From Candidatus Zixiibacteriota bacterium (GTDB taxonomy: Bacteria > Zixibacteria > MSB-5A5 > GN15 > JAAZOE01): a stretch of DNA of 64,000 nt. Every line of letters begins with the position of its first letter. Position 1 is the stretch's first letter. Under the pieces are notes generated by a model. That model made no database searches. It was not told the DNA's origin and worked only from the letters and a program-made list of their open reading frames with translations. Positions 8,715 to 18,505 of the stretch are shown here, piece by piece. Location: positions 162,244-226,243 of the forward strand of contig JBDREQ010000025.1 in the NCBI GenBank assembly GCA_043819555.1, read 5' to 3'. The translations under genes were made by a program, and so were the position numbers.

Positions 8715-10673
8715 ATGGCTGACATTAATATAAAATTGCCGGATGACAGCGAAAAAATATTTCCCATCGGGATTACTGGACTTGAGATTGCAAAATCTAT
8801 ATCCGGGCGTCTGGGTAAAGAGGCGCTGGCTATAAGAGTCAACGGTGAAATCATTGATTTGATGAGGCCGATTGAATCTGATTCCGAAGTTCAGATATTA
8901 ACCTGGAATGACAGAGAAGGGAAATATGTTTTCTGGCATAGCTCGGCTCATATTATGGCCCAGGCAGTTTTGGAATTATTCCCCGATGCCAAACTTGCGA
9001 TTGGTCCGCCAATTGACGAAGGCTTCTATTACGATTTCGATGTGGAAAAGCCTTTTTCACCTGAGGATTTGGAAAAAATTGAGAAGAAAATGGTGGAAAT
9101 TATTTCCGAAAACGCGACTTTCAGTCGTGAAATATGTAATCGTGATGAAGCTCTTGAAAAATACAAAAAGCAGGGGGATATATACAAAGCCGAATTAATT
9201 GAAGAGTTGCCTCCCGGTGAGGAAGTCACAATCTATAAACATTCACGCTTTGAGGATATGTGTCGCGGCCCTCATATCCCGTCGACCGGTATTATTAAGG
9301 CTTTTAAACTTTTGTCATCATCCGGAGCTTATTGGCGTGGTTCGGAAGAAAATAAAATGCTCCAGAGGATATACGGGGTAACTTATCCCCAGAAGAAATT
9401 GCTCACCGAATTCCTCGAAAAATTGGCTGAGGCCGAAAAAAGGGATCATCGCAAGCTGGGGAAGCAGCTTGAATTATATATGATTTCCGAGGAAACCGGC
9501 CCCGGATTGGTTCTCTGGCTTCCTCGCGGTTCAGTTGTCAGGAATGAGATTGAAAATTTCTGGCGGGAAGAGCATTACAAACATGGTTATGAACTTGTTT
9601 TTTCACCTCATATAGCTAACCTGGATTTATGGCACCGCAGCGGACATACCGATTTTTACAGTGAAGATATGTATCACCCGATGGAAATTGATAAGGCCAG
9701 TTACCAAATCAAGCCGATGAACTGCCCTTTTCATATTACGATGTACGCATCCCGGAGGCGTTCTTATCGAGAATTACCATTGAGATGGGCCGAACTGGGC
9801 ACGGTTTACCGTTATGAACGGGCCGGTGTTTTGCATGGATTGATGAGGGTGCGGGGCTTTACCCAGGATGATGCTCATATATTCTGCAAACCCGAGCAGA
9901 TGGAAGAGGAACTTATTCGTCTCCTGAATTTTTCACTGCATATTTTGCGTTCATTTGGATTTACCGATTATGATACCTATTTATCAACCATGCCGGAAAA
10001 AGCGATTGGCGACCCAAAAGACTGGGAAGCGGCTCAAAATGGCTTGCGCCGGGCGCTGGAGTTTCATAAATTAGAATATGAGATCGATGAAGGCGGCGGC
10101 GCTTTCTACGGTCCGAAAATAGACTTGAAAATCAAGGATACGTTGGGTCGTCCCTGGCAATGCACTACCATTCAGTTTGATTTTACTCAACCCGAACGGT
10201 TTAATCTAACGTATATTGACAGTGACGGTGAACGCAAGCGGCCGCTAATGATCCATCGAGCGCTTTTGGGTTCTTTGGAAAGATTTTTCGGTACCTTGAT
10301 TGAGCATTACGCCGGAGATTTTCCACTGTGGTTGTCGCCGGAACATGCCCGTATTTTACCGGTTACCGACCGGGCTCTTGCCTATGCGAATGAATTGAAA
10401 AATAAATTTCGCGAAAAGAATCTTAGGATTTCGGTTGACGATCGTTCGGAGAAAATTGGATATAAAATTAGAGAAGCGGAATTATCAAAGATTCCGATAA
10501 TGATGATTATTGGCGACCGTGAGGCTGATTCCAATACCGTATCTGTACGAAGGCGCGGACTCGGTGATCTGGGAGAAATGAACGCCGACGATTTACTCGC
10601 GGGTATGCTGAGTGAAGTAAACGAACGATTTAATACTCCGCAAGTTGGTAAAAAGAAGGAGGAAGCAGTATAA
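8715..10673 (+). CDS. thrS: Threonine--tRNA ligase
   Basis: TGS domain, HSSAH editing motif, CRGPH, RDHRKLG, KPMNCP, RVRGFTQDDAH, IHRALLGSLERF. Confidence 0.98.
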   Translation: MADINIKLPDDSEKIFPIGITGLEIAKSISGRLGKEALAIRVNGEIIDLMRPIESDSEVQILTWNDREGKYVFWHSSAHIMAQAVLELFPDAKLAIGPPIDEGFYYDFDVEKPFSPEDLEKIEKKMVEIISENATFSREICNRDEALEKYKKQGDIYKAELIEELPPGEEVTIYKHSRFEDMCRGPHIPSTGIIKAFKLLSSSGAYWRGSEENKMLQRIYGVTYPQKKLLTEFLEKLAEAEKRDHRKLGKQLELYMISEETGPGLVLWLPRGSVVRNEIENFWREEHYKHGYELVFSPHIANLDLWHRSGHTDFYSEDMYHPMEIDKASYQIKPMNCPFHITMYASRRRSYRELPLRWAELGTVYRYERAGVLHGLMRVRGFTQDDAHIFCKPEQMEEELIRLLNFSLHILRSFGFTDYDTYLSTMPEKAIGDPKDWEAAQNGLRRALEFHKLEYEIDEGGGAFYGPKIDLKIKDTLGRPWQCTTIQFDFTQPERFNLTYIDSDGERKRPLMIHRALLGSLERFFGTLIEHYAGDFPLWLSPEHARILPVTDRALAYANELKNKFREKNLRISVDDRSEKIGYKIREAELSKIPIMMIIGDREADSNTVSVRRRGLGDLGEMNADDLLAGMLSEVNERFNTPQVGKKKEEAV

Positions 10674-11278
10674 AGAATCAGGAAATTCGGGTTAATGAGC
10701 GTATCCGTGTTTCACCTATTAGACTTATAGGCCCGGATAGTGAACAGGTAGGCATAATTCCTACCGCCGAAGCTCTTGAGAGAGCCCGAGAAGCCGGTCT
10801 GGATCTGGTGGAAGTTTCACCAACGGCTCGGCCGCCGGTTTGCCGCATATTGGATTATGGAAAATACAAATACAACCTGGCAAAAAAAGCGGCGGATTCA
10901 AAAAAGAAGCAGCATTCGATAAGTATTAAAGGGATGAGGTATCGTCCGAAAACCGAAGAACATGATTACCAGTTTAAATTAAAACATGTTCGCTCATTTT
11001 TGGGACAGGGAAACAAAGTTAAGTGCTTTGTATTATTCCGAGGCCGTGAAAAGGCGCATACCGAATTTGGCAGAAGAATTCTCGATCGTCTTGTCGAAGA
11101 TTTGCAGGATATCGCGATCGTTGAATCCATGCCCCAAATGGAAGGCCACAGCATGAATATGCTAGTGGCGCCCTTGACCGGACAGAATAGGAAAAAAGAT
11201 AAGGGCCGCGAAAAGAAAGAAGAAGTAAAACAACAGCCCGTTCCTCAAGAGACGGCCTTAGAAAATAAAAAAGAATAA
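10670..11278 (+). CDS. infC: Translation initiation factor IF-3, with non-canonical ATA start (about 202 aa)
   Basis: The frame is open from ATA at 10670 (KNQEIRVNERIRVSPIRLIGPDSEQVGI...GLDLVEVSP...PPVCRILDYGKYKY). AAGGAGG lies at 10656-10662. The ORF-track start at 10808 removes most of the N-domain. Confidence 0.93.
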   Translation: MKNQEIRVNERIRVSPIRLIGPDSEQVGIIPTAEALERAREAGLDLVEVSPTARPPVCRILDYGKYKYNLAKKAADSKKKQHSISIKGMRYRPKTEEHDYQFKLKHVRSFLGQGNKVKCFVLFRGREKAHTEFGRRILDRLVEDLQDIAIVESMPQMEGHSMNMLVAPLTGQNRKKDKGREKKEEVKQQPVPQETALENKKE

Positions 11279-11308
11279 ATCCGGAAATTAAGTTAGACGG
11301 AGATACAG

Positions 11309-11503
11309 ATGCCAAAAATGAAAACAAATCGGTCCGCAGCCAAGCGGATCAAAAAAACCGGAACTGGAAAGATGAGGCGATTTCATTCAAAACATCGTCA
11401 TATTTTAACCAAAAAAACCCGGAAACTGAAACGCAAACTTCGCTCAGCGACTTTACTCGCCAAATCTGATAAACATCAGATGAGCGTCATGTTGCCATAT
11501 TAA
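11309..11503 (+). CDS. rpmI: 50S ribosomal protein L35
   Basis: MPKMKTNRSAAKR...HILTKK, in the canonical infC-rpmI-rplT order. Confidence 0.96.
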   Translation: MPKMKTNRSAAKRIKKTGTGKMRRFHSKHRHILTKKTRKLKRKLRSATLLAKSDKHQMSVMLPY

Positions 11504-11540
11504 AAACAGGATTCAGTTGTAATTATCAGGAGAAGATCAA

Positions 11541-11888
11541 ATGCCAAGGTCGAAAAATAACGTCGCCGCCAAGGCTCGACATAAAAAGGTATTGAAGAAA
11601 GCCCGCGGATATTATGGCGGTCGCAGCCGCTTATATCGTACAGCAATCGAATCTGTACATCGCGGTTTAAAATTTGCTTTTCGGGATCGACGCCGTAAAA
11701 AACGCGAATTTCGCAGACTCTGGATCACACGCATTTCAGCCGCGGCCAAAATGTGTAATATTAATTACTCAACTTTTATGAATGGATTGAAAAAATCAGG
11801 CATAAACCTCGATCGTAAATCACTGGCTGATATTGCGGCGAGAGATATGAGTACTTTTGAACGTCTGGTAGATATGACCAGGGCCTGA
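11541..11888 (+). CDS. rplT: 50S ribosomal protein L20
   Basis: KKARGYYGGRS, RDRRRKKREFRRLWITRI, LDRKSLADIA. Confidence 0.97.
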   Translation: MPRSKNNVAAKARHKKVLKKARGYYGGRSRLYRTAIESVHRGLKFAFRDRRRKKREFRRLWITRISAAAKMCNINYSTFMNGLKKSGINLDRKSLADIAARDMSTFERLVDMTRA

Positions 11889-11893
11889 TTTCG

Positions 11894-12910
11894 ATGGAAA
11901 TCATAAGACAACTTGAAAAGGTTGAAATCGAAGCCGTTGGAAAAATTAACGCGGCCGATTCACTCGAATCAATTGAGAAAATTCGGGTAACCTTTTTGGG
12001 TAAAAAGGGCGAGCTGACATCAATTCTGCGCGGCCTGAAAAACCTCTCAGCGGAAGAAAAACGAGAGGTCGGCGGTAGTGCGAACAAAGTCAAATCCAAT
12101 CTTGAGACATTAATTAAAAACAAAAAAGAAGAGTTAATGGAAAGTGACGACGGCGGACCATCATTGGATTACACTCTTCCGGGTCGTCCATATCATTCCG
12201 GGCACCGACATCTGATTACACTCGTCCTTGACGAAATTTGTGGCATTTTTCAGCGTATGGGTTTTGAGATCGCTTCCGGCCCGGAAATTGAAAATGACTA
12301 TTATAATTTTGAAGCGCTGAATTTTCCACCTGATCATCCCGCCCGCGATGAACAGGATACATTTTATGTTGAAGGTGATCTTCTGCTGAGAACTCATACC
12401 TCCAATGTTCAGATACGCGAATTCGAAAAGCGAAAACCGCCGGTTAAGATAATCGCTCCCGGTCGAGTCTTTCGCAACGAAGCAGTCAACGCTCGAAGTT
12501 TTTGTGTTTTTCACCAGGTTGAGGGTTTTCTGGTTGATACCGACGTCTCTTTCGGAGATTTAAAAGGCGTTCTGGAAGCATTCTGTTATGAGTTTTTTAA
12601 AGAAGGCGTCAGACTGAGATTCAGACCCAGCTTTTTTCCATTTACCGAACCATCGGCTGAGGTCGATGTTGAATGTATTCTTTGCAAGGGAAAAGGATGT
12701 ACTTTATGCAAATACGAAGGATGGCTTGAGATTTTGGGATGCGGAATGATTGATCCCGAAGTTTTCAAGGCTGTTAAATATGATTCGGAAAAATATACGG
12801 GTTATGCTTTTGGGATGGGAATCGAGCGCATTGCCCTTTTGAAATATCGTGTCAATGATATTCGGCTTCTTTACGAAAACGATATCAGGTTTATTAGACA
12901 ATTCCGTTAA
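11894..12910 (+). CDS. pheS: Phenylalanine--tRNA ligase alpha subunit
   Basis: HPARDEQDTFY, LRTHTS, FRPSFFPFTEPS, GYAFGMGIER. Confidence 0.97.
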   Translation: MEIIRQLEKVEIEAVGKINAADSLESIEKIRVTFLGKKGELTSILRGLKNLSAEEKREVGGSANKVKSNLETLIKNKKEELMESDDGGPSLDYTLPGRPYHSGHRHLITLVLDEICGIFQRMGFEIASGPEIENDYYNFEALNFPPDHPARDEQDTFYVEGDLLLRTHTSNVQIREFEKRKPPVKIIAPGRVFRNEAVNARSFCVFHQVEGFLVDTDVSFGDLKGVLEAFCYEFFKEGVRLRFRPSFFPFTEPSAEVDVECILCKGKGCTLCKYEGWLEILGCGMIDPEVFKAVKYDSEKYTGYAFGMGIERIALLKYRVNDIRLLYENDIRFIRQFR

Positions 12911-12914
12911 TATT

Positions 12915-15293
12915 ATGAAAATACCATATAGCTGGCTCAAAGAAATTACCGGCGTGGATTGGTCCGCTGAAGAAATGGAAGATCGTCTGACCCGTTCCGG
13001 AACGGCCGGGACTTTGGACAAGCATGATCCCCTGCATTTCAAAAATGTCATAACAGCCAGAATTACCAGTCTTGAAAAACATCCCGATGCCGACAAATTG
13101 CAAATCGCTGAAGTAACAACCGGCGAGACAACCTATACAGTTATTTGCGGTGCGCCCAACTGCGCCATTGGCCAGGTCGTTCCCTTGGCGCTGCCCGGCG
13201 CCAAACTTCGGGGACAATTTGAAGTCAAAGAAATAACAATGCGCGGGATTAAATCGTCCGGGATAATATGCGCTGAGGATGAACTGGGATTATCAAACGA
13301 TCATACCGGTATTATGGTTTTCGAAACTGATACCGAAATAAATAAACCGGTATTCGAGCATCTGGGTCTTAATGATCCGGTTATTGATTTCGAGATAACA
13401 CCTAATCGTCCGGATTGTCTTTCGGCCAATGGAATTGCCCGGGAAATTGCGGTTCTGGCCGATCTTGATTTAAATCTTAAAAAAGAACAGCCAGCGGAAA
13501 TTTCCGATAAAGCCAAAGATTATATTGGCGTTGTCATTGACGATACTGATGCCTGCCCTCGCTATGCGGCCCGCATTGTAAAGAATATTAAAATCGGCCC
13601 ATCTCCCGACTGGCTCAAGAAACGGTTGACCGATTGCAATATCAGGCCAATTAACAATATCGTTGACATCACAAACTATGTTATGCTTGAAACCGGTCAG
13701 CCTCTGCATGCCTTTGATTATGATAAATTCGGATCAAAAAAAGTTGTCGTTCGACGCGCGCATGACAAAGAAAAATTTACAACTCTCGACAGGCAGGAAC
13801 ATGAACTCGATTCGGATATACTGCTTATTACCAATGGCAAAAAAGGGGTTGCGGCGGCAGGGGTGATGGGTGGACTCGATAGTGAAGTTGACCCGAATAC
13901 GACAACAGTTCTTCTGGAATCGGCCTATTTTAATCCGTCCGTCATCAGGTGTTCTCGAAATAAACTGGGTATTATTTCCGAGTCATCCTATCGCTTTGAA
14001 CGGGGGATCGATCCCGGCGGAACCGTCAAGGCCGCCGATCGAGCTGCGGCGTTAATGGCTGAGCTTGCCGGAGGAGAAGTTCTGCAAGGTGTGGTCGACA
14101 ATTGTGCCCGGAAAATTGGCCCCATCAAAGTTGAAATGCGCCCTTCGCGAGCCAATAAATTAATCGGCGCTGAGATCCCGGTTGATTTTATGAAAGACAA
14201 GCTGACACGATTGGGAATGAAAGTAGAAGCGGGCGATAAGATTATTGCCGAGGTGCCGACTTTCCGACCCGATATTACGCGCGAAGTCGATTTAATTGAG
14301 GAAATTGCACGGATTTATGGTTTGGATAAAATCCCAGGCAATAATCAAAACTCTGGACCGCTATTTTCGCCGACTCATCGCCGTGATACAATTCGCAATG
14401 ATTTGAGAGAGATAATGACCGGGTTTGGGTTTGAAGAATCTATCGGGACAGGATTTGCTCAACCCCGGCGGATGAAATCGGTAGAGCCGTCGATTGAACC
14501 TATCAAAATAACCAATCCAATTTCGGAAGATTTTGGTTATTTGCGTTCGCGTCTTTTGTACTCTCTTCTGGTTTCAATTAGTAATAATATCAGGTATCGC
14601 AATATCAATCTAAAGCTTTTTGAAATCGGGAAAATATATATAAGGACAAAGGAAATGCCGGTCGAGCCCGAGTATTTTGGATTTATTATATCTGGACAGA
14701 CCGACAATATCTACTGGCAAAAAATTCCGGGCGAGTCCGATTTATTCGAGTTAAAAGGTTTTATCAATGCTATTTGCGACCGTTTAAGAATTGGGCCGGT
14801 ATCTCTCATGCCGGAAGCATTTGGCGGATACGATAAATCCTGTTCATATAGCGTTATAAAAAACGACCATAAACTTGGAAATATTGGCCGGGTCGCGCCA
14901 AAAATAACTCATCTATTTGATATAAAGCAGGATTGTTTCGCGGCTGAATTTGAAATCTCAAAACTGATTATATTTGATCAGGGTAATATCCCCTTCAAAG
15001 AGTTGCCTCGGTATCCGGCTTCAATTCGTGATATTGCCATCATTGTTAAAAACCCAATTCCCGCCAGGGATATATATAATCTAATTTTGGATTCTGGCGG
15101 TAAATTGGTTGAATCAGTCGAGCTTTTCGATTTATTTACGGGGAAGCCTGTGCTCGAAAATATGAAATCGCTGGCATTTTCCGTTAGTTTCCGCTCTCCC
15201 GACAAAACCCTGGAAGATGCTGAAGTTGACGAGGTGTATAATAAAATTGTTAATAATCTGGAGCAGAAATTTGATGCCCGGCTGAGAGAATAG
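12915..15293 (+). CDS. pheT: Phenylalanine--tRNA ligase beta subunit
   Basis: MKIPYSWLKE start (ATG 12915, just after the pheS stop), HPDADKL, CGAPN, ITPNRPDCLS, GQPLHAFD, REVDLIEEIARIYG, FDX-ACB tail. Confidence 0.96.
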   Translation: MKIPYSWLKEITGVDWSAEEMEDRLTRSGTAGTLDKHDPLHFKNVITARITSLEKHPDADKLQIAEVTTGETTYTVICGAPNCAIGQVVPLALPGAKLRGQFEVKEITMRGIKSSGIICAEDELGLSNDHTGIMVFETDTEINKPVFEHLGLNDPVIDFEITPNRPDCLSANGIAREIAVLADLDLNLKKEQPAEISDKAKDYIGVVIDDTDACPRYAARIVKNIKIGPSPDWLKKRLTDCNIRPINNIVDITNYVMLETGQPLHAFDYDKFGSKKVVVRRAHDKEKFTTLDRQEHELDSDILLITNGKKGVAAAGVMGGLDSEVDPNTTTVLLESAYFNPSVIRCSRNKLGIISESSYRFERGIDPGGTVKAADRAAALMAELAGGEVLQGVVDNCARKIGPIKVEMRPSRANKLIGAEIPVDFMKDKLTRLGMKVEAGDKIIAEVPTFRPDITREVDLIEEIARIYGLDKIPGNNQNSGPLFSPTHRRDTIRNDLREIMTGFGFEESIGTGFAQPRRMKSVEPSIEPIKITNPISEDFGYLRSRLLYSLLVSISNNIRYRNINLKLFEIGKIYIRTKEMPVEPEYFGFIISGQTDNIYWQKIPGESDLFELKGFINAICDRLRIGPVSLMPEAFGGYDKSCSYSVIKNDHKLGNIGRVAPKITHLFDIKQDCFAAEFEISKLIIFDQGNIPFKELPRYPASIRDIAIIVKNPIPARDIYNLILDSGGKLVESVELFDLFTGKPVLENMKSLAFSVSFRSPDKTLEDAEVDEVYNKIVNNLEQKFDARLRE

Positions 15294-15305
15294 GACGAGG
15301 TTGTT

Positions 15306-15608
15306 ATGGAATCATTTGCAAAGCTTGAAGAACGAATCAATAAGGCTATCGCTCACATCGAAAAATTAATGAGCGAAAATGAAAAGAAAAACGCGCAAAT
15401 CAAGGAACTTGAGAAAGCCAATTCAGAGCTGGAAAAATCAATTGATAAATTGAATGGAATTATTAAAAATCTCGAAAGTGACAGCAAGTCTTTGTCTGCG
15501 GCGAAGGTGGCAAGCGAAAAGCAATCGCAGGAGATTTCGGAAAAAGTTAAGGATAAAATTGAGGGATTGCTGGCCAGAATTGAAAAATACGAGGAAAGTA
15601 CGGGATAA
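15306..15608 (+). CDS. ZapB-like coiled-coil cell division protein
   Basis: All-coiled-coil 100 aa (LEERINKAI...VKDKIEGLLARIE) between pheT and zapA. Confidence 0.65.
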   Translation: MESFAKLEERINKAIAHIEKLMSENEKKNAQIKELEKANSELEKSIDKLNGIIKNLESDSKSLSAAKVASEKQSQEISEKVKDKIEGLLARIEKYEESTG

Positions 15609-15615
15609 ATTGTAC

Positions 15616-15645
15616 TTGACATAAAAGCGCAATTTGTGCGATATT
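15616..15645 (+). promoter_or_regulatory. Putative sigma70 promoter for zapA-rny-ymdB-folD
   Basis: TTGACA at 15616, then TG-c-GATATT (extended -10, 18-nt spacer). Confidence 0.5.
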
Positions 15646-15701
15646 GAATTACTGGAGAAGAGAAAGTCCAATTTTGGTATAAAAGCCGGTTTGTAATTGA
15701 T

Positions 15702-16001
15702 ATGGGAAAAATGGAATCTTCAAAGAACCGAATTCGTGTTAATATATATGGTGAAGAATATACCGTTCGTTCCGACGGCGATATTGAATATATGAAAGAA
15801 GTGGCGCGTTTCGTAGATTCCCAAATGCGTTCTATCGCCGATAAAATGCCCAATAAATCACCCTCTCGAGTAGCTATCCTGGCTGCTTTGAATATTACTG
15901 ATGAGTTATTTAAACAGAGAGAAGGGCAGCGTGATTTTTCTGAATTTGAAAAACGAGCCGGCGATATTATTTCATTATTGGACGAAAAAATTCCTGAGTA
16001 A
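15702..16001 (+). CDS. zapA: Cell division protein ZapA
   Basis: VNIYGEEYTV, VARFVDSQM, VAILAALNITDELF. Confidence 0.9.
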   Translation: MGKMESSKNRIRVNIYGEEYTVRSDGDIEYMKEVARFVDSQMRSIADKMPNKSPSRVAILAALNITDELFKQREGQRDFSEFEKRAGDIISLLDEKIPE

Positions 16002-16096
16002 AATTTGTTGAAGTGTTTCTGGAATTAATACCCAACCAATTTTATCTTCTCTTTCTCCTCCTAAATTAAATTCTCCATCGAAGGAGGTATAGATAA

Positions 16097-17659
16097 ATGG
16101 AAACAACGATGTTTATTGTTCTCATAATTGTGGCCGCGGCTATTTCCGGCATCGCGACCTGGTTTTTATCCCGTCGCATCGGTAGCAAAAAGCTGGCTAA
16201 TGCTGAGGAATTTGCCCGGAAAATTGTGGCCGAGGCCGAAAAAGAAGCGGCGTTAAAGAAAAAAGAAGCAATTCTTGAAGCCAAAGATGAATGGTATAAG
16301 GCCAAAGCCAATTTTGAACGCGAAATACAAAATAAAAAAACTGAGTTCTCTAAAATAGAAAAAAGACTGGCAGATAAGGAAGCTGCTCTGGATAGAAAAA
16401 TTGAATCTGCCAACAATCTGGAGAAAAAAAATCAGGACAAGGAACGCAATAACGCCACCCGTGAAAAAGCGCTAACTATCAAGGAAAATGATCTGGAAAA
16501 ACTTATCGCCGACCAAAACGTACAGCTTGAAAAAATATCGGGTATGTCGTCGGAAGATGCCAAAAAGATTTTAATCGAGAATATGACTGGCCAGGCAAAA
16601 ATAGAAGCGGCGGCTTTGGCGAAAGAGATAAAAGAAGCAGCCGAAAGGGATGCCGAAAAAGAAGCCAGAGAAATCGTAATTCAGGCCATTCAACGCTGTG
16701 CCGCCGATCACGCCGTTGAATCAACCGTATCGGTCGTGGTCTTGCCCAATGACGAAATGAAAGGTCGGATTATCGGGCGTGAGGGAAGAAATATTCGCTC
16801 ATTTGAGACAGCGACAGGGATAGATGTCATTGTTGATGATACTCCCGAAGCGGTTATTTTATCCGGATACGATCCTATACGGAGAGAGATTGCCCGCATG
16901 GCTCTGGAAAAATTGATTGCCGACGGCCGGATTCATCCCACTCGCATTGAGGAAGTAGTCGTAAAGGCGGAAAAAGATATGGAAGTTATCATCCGTGAAG
17001 CCGGAGAACAGGCCGCGTTTGAAATCGGTATTCACGGACTTCATCTTGATATCATAAAACTCCTCGGCAAATTGAAATTCCGTTCCAGCTATGGCCAAAA
17101 CATTCTTATGCATTCCGTTGAAGTAGCCATGCTGGCAGGGATAATGGCTTCCGAACTGGAGCTTGATCCTGTTATCGCCAAGCGGGCGGGACTTTTACAT
17201 GATATCGGCAAAGCTGTTGACCGTGAAACGGAAGGAACCCATACTCAAATCGGTTCTAATATCCTGCGGAAGTATAATATTGATCCAGCCATAATAAATG
17301 CCGTAGAATCCCATCATGGTGATGTCCCTCAGGAAACGCCCTATGCCATTCTGGTACAGTCGTCCGATGCTATTTCCGGCGCCAGACCCGGGGCTCGACG
17401 CGAGCCTCTGGAAAGTTATATCAAGCGGCTCGAAAAGCTTGAAGAGCTGGCCGATAGCTTCAAAGGGGTCTCCAAAGCATATGCTATTCAGGCTGGCCGG
17501 GAAGTTCGTGTTATCGTTGAATGCGATCAAATGGACGATCTGGCTTCCTCAATTCTGGCAACCGATATCGCTGCTCGAATTGAAACCGAAATGGAATACC
17601 CCGGCCAAATCAAGGTCACTGTTATTCGTGAAATGCGAAGCGTGGAGTATGCCAAATAA
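16097..17659 (+). CDS. rny: Ribonuclease Y
   Basis: N-terminal TM, coiled coil, KH ([13 protein letters not shown]), HD (AGLLHDIGK), AIQAGREVR. Confidence 0.97.
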   Translation: METTMFIVLIIVAAAISGIATWFLSRRIGSKKLANAEEFARKIVAEAEKEAALKKKEAILEAKDEWYKAKANFEREIQNKKTEFSKIEKRLADKEAALDRKIESANNLEKKNQDKERNNATREKALTIKENDLEKLIADQNVQLEKISGMSSEDAKKILIENMTGQAKIEAAALAKEIKEAAERDAEKEAREIVIQAIQRCAADHAVESTVSVVVLPNDEMKGRIIGREGRNIRSFETATGIDVIVDDTPEAVILSGYDPIRREIARMALEKLIADGRIHPTRIEEVVVKAEKDMEVIIREAGEQAAFEIGIHGLHLDIIKLLGKLKFRSSYGQNILMHSVEVAMLAGIMASELELDPVIAKRAGLLHDIGKAVDRETEGTHTQIGSNILRKYNIDPAIINAVESHHGDVPQETPYAILVQSSDAISGARPGARREPLESYIKRLEKLEELADSFKGVSKAYAIQAGREVRVIVECDQMDDLASSILATDIAARIETEMEYPGQIKVTVIREMRSVEYAK

Positions 17660-18505
17660 ATGTCACTGTGCAAAGTAGTTTTCATAGCTGATGTCGTCGG
17701 CAAACCGGGGCGGAATATTTTATCTCATATGACCCGGCGGCTAAAATACAAATATCAGGCTGATTTTGTCATCGCCAATACTGAAAATGCCGCCGGCGGG
17801 TTTGGCATCACGCCCGAGATGGCACGCAAAGTATTCACTTACGGCGTCGATTGTCAAACGTCAGGGAATCATATCTGGGATCGTCAGGGAATTAGTGATT
17901 ATATCAGGGAGGAGCCTCGCCTAATCCGGCCGGCCAATTACCCCGACGCTCCGGGAAACGGTTTGTACATTGGTCAGGCAGGCGATTTTCCGATTGCCGT
18001 CATATCTCTCATGGGCCGGACTTTTATGTATAATATCGATTGCCCTTTCAAAACCGCCGACCGCTTAATTAAAAGGCTGGATGAAAAGATTAAAATCATT
18101 ATCGTTGATTTTCACGCCGAAGCCACATCGGAAAAACTGGCGGCTTTATTCTATCTTGACGGTCTGGTTTCGGCAGTTATTGGAACTCATACCCATGTTC
18201 AAACGGCTGACGAACAGATATCCGGCCGCGGCACGGCATATATCACCGACGTCGGAATGACAGGACCTCATGATTCCATTTTGGGAATGAAAAAGAATCC
18301 GGCCCTGGCCCGATTCTTATCAGGTCGTCCGATTCGATTATCGGTGGCGGAAGATGAAGTCCGAATATCGGGAGTATATATCGAATTTGATATGGAAAAT
18401 GATGCAAGGGCAATAAAGATCGAAAGATTCAACATGGAAACGGATTTAAATTTGCCATTTCGCGATCCGGAGGAAGAGGATGTCGATGCAGAACAAGCTG
18501 ATTAA
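17660..18505 (+). CDS. ymdB: YmdB-family metallophosphoesterase
   Basis: DVVGKPGR, ENAAGGFG, SGNHIWD, DFHAEATSEK, GTHTHVQTADE. Conserved position after rny. Confidence 0.92.
   Translation: MSLCKVVFIADVVGKPGRNILSHMTRRLKYKYQADFVIANTENAAGGFGITPEMARKVFTYGVDCQTSGNHIWDRQGISDYIREEPRLIRPANYPDAPGNGLYIGQAGDFPIAVISLMGRTFMYNIDCPFKTADRLIKRLDEKIKIIIVDFHAEATSEKLAALFYLDGLVSAVIGTHTHVQTADEQISGRGTAYITDVGMTGPHDSILGMKKNPALARFLSGRPIRLSVAEDEVRISGVYIEFDMENDARAIKIERFNMETDLNLPFRDPEEEDVDAEQAD

Noticed and set aside
10808..11278. ORF-track start of infC
   Set aside because: It removes 46 conserved N-domain codons; the SD-preceded ATA at 10670 fits better. The gene is not a pseudogene.
12849..12914. N-terminal extension of pheT
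   Set aside because: It overlaps the pheS 3' end; the canonical MKIPYSWL start is at 12915.
16044..16051. rny leader as a target of the candidate sRNA seed
   Set aside because: Only about 7 bp of pairing including a G-U, which is indistinguishable from chance.
16002..16096. 6S RNA after zapA
   Set aside because: The spacer is only 95 nt and lacks the long irregular hairpin.
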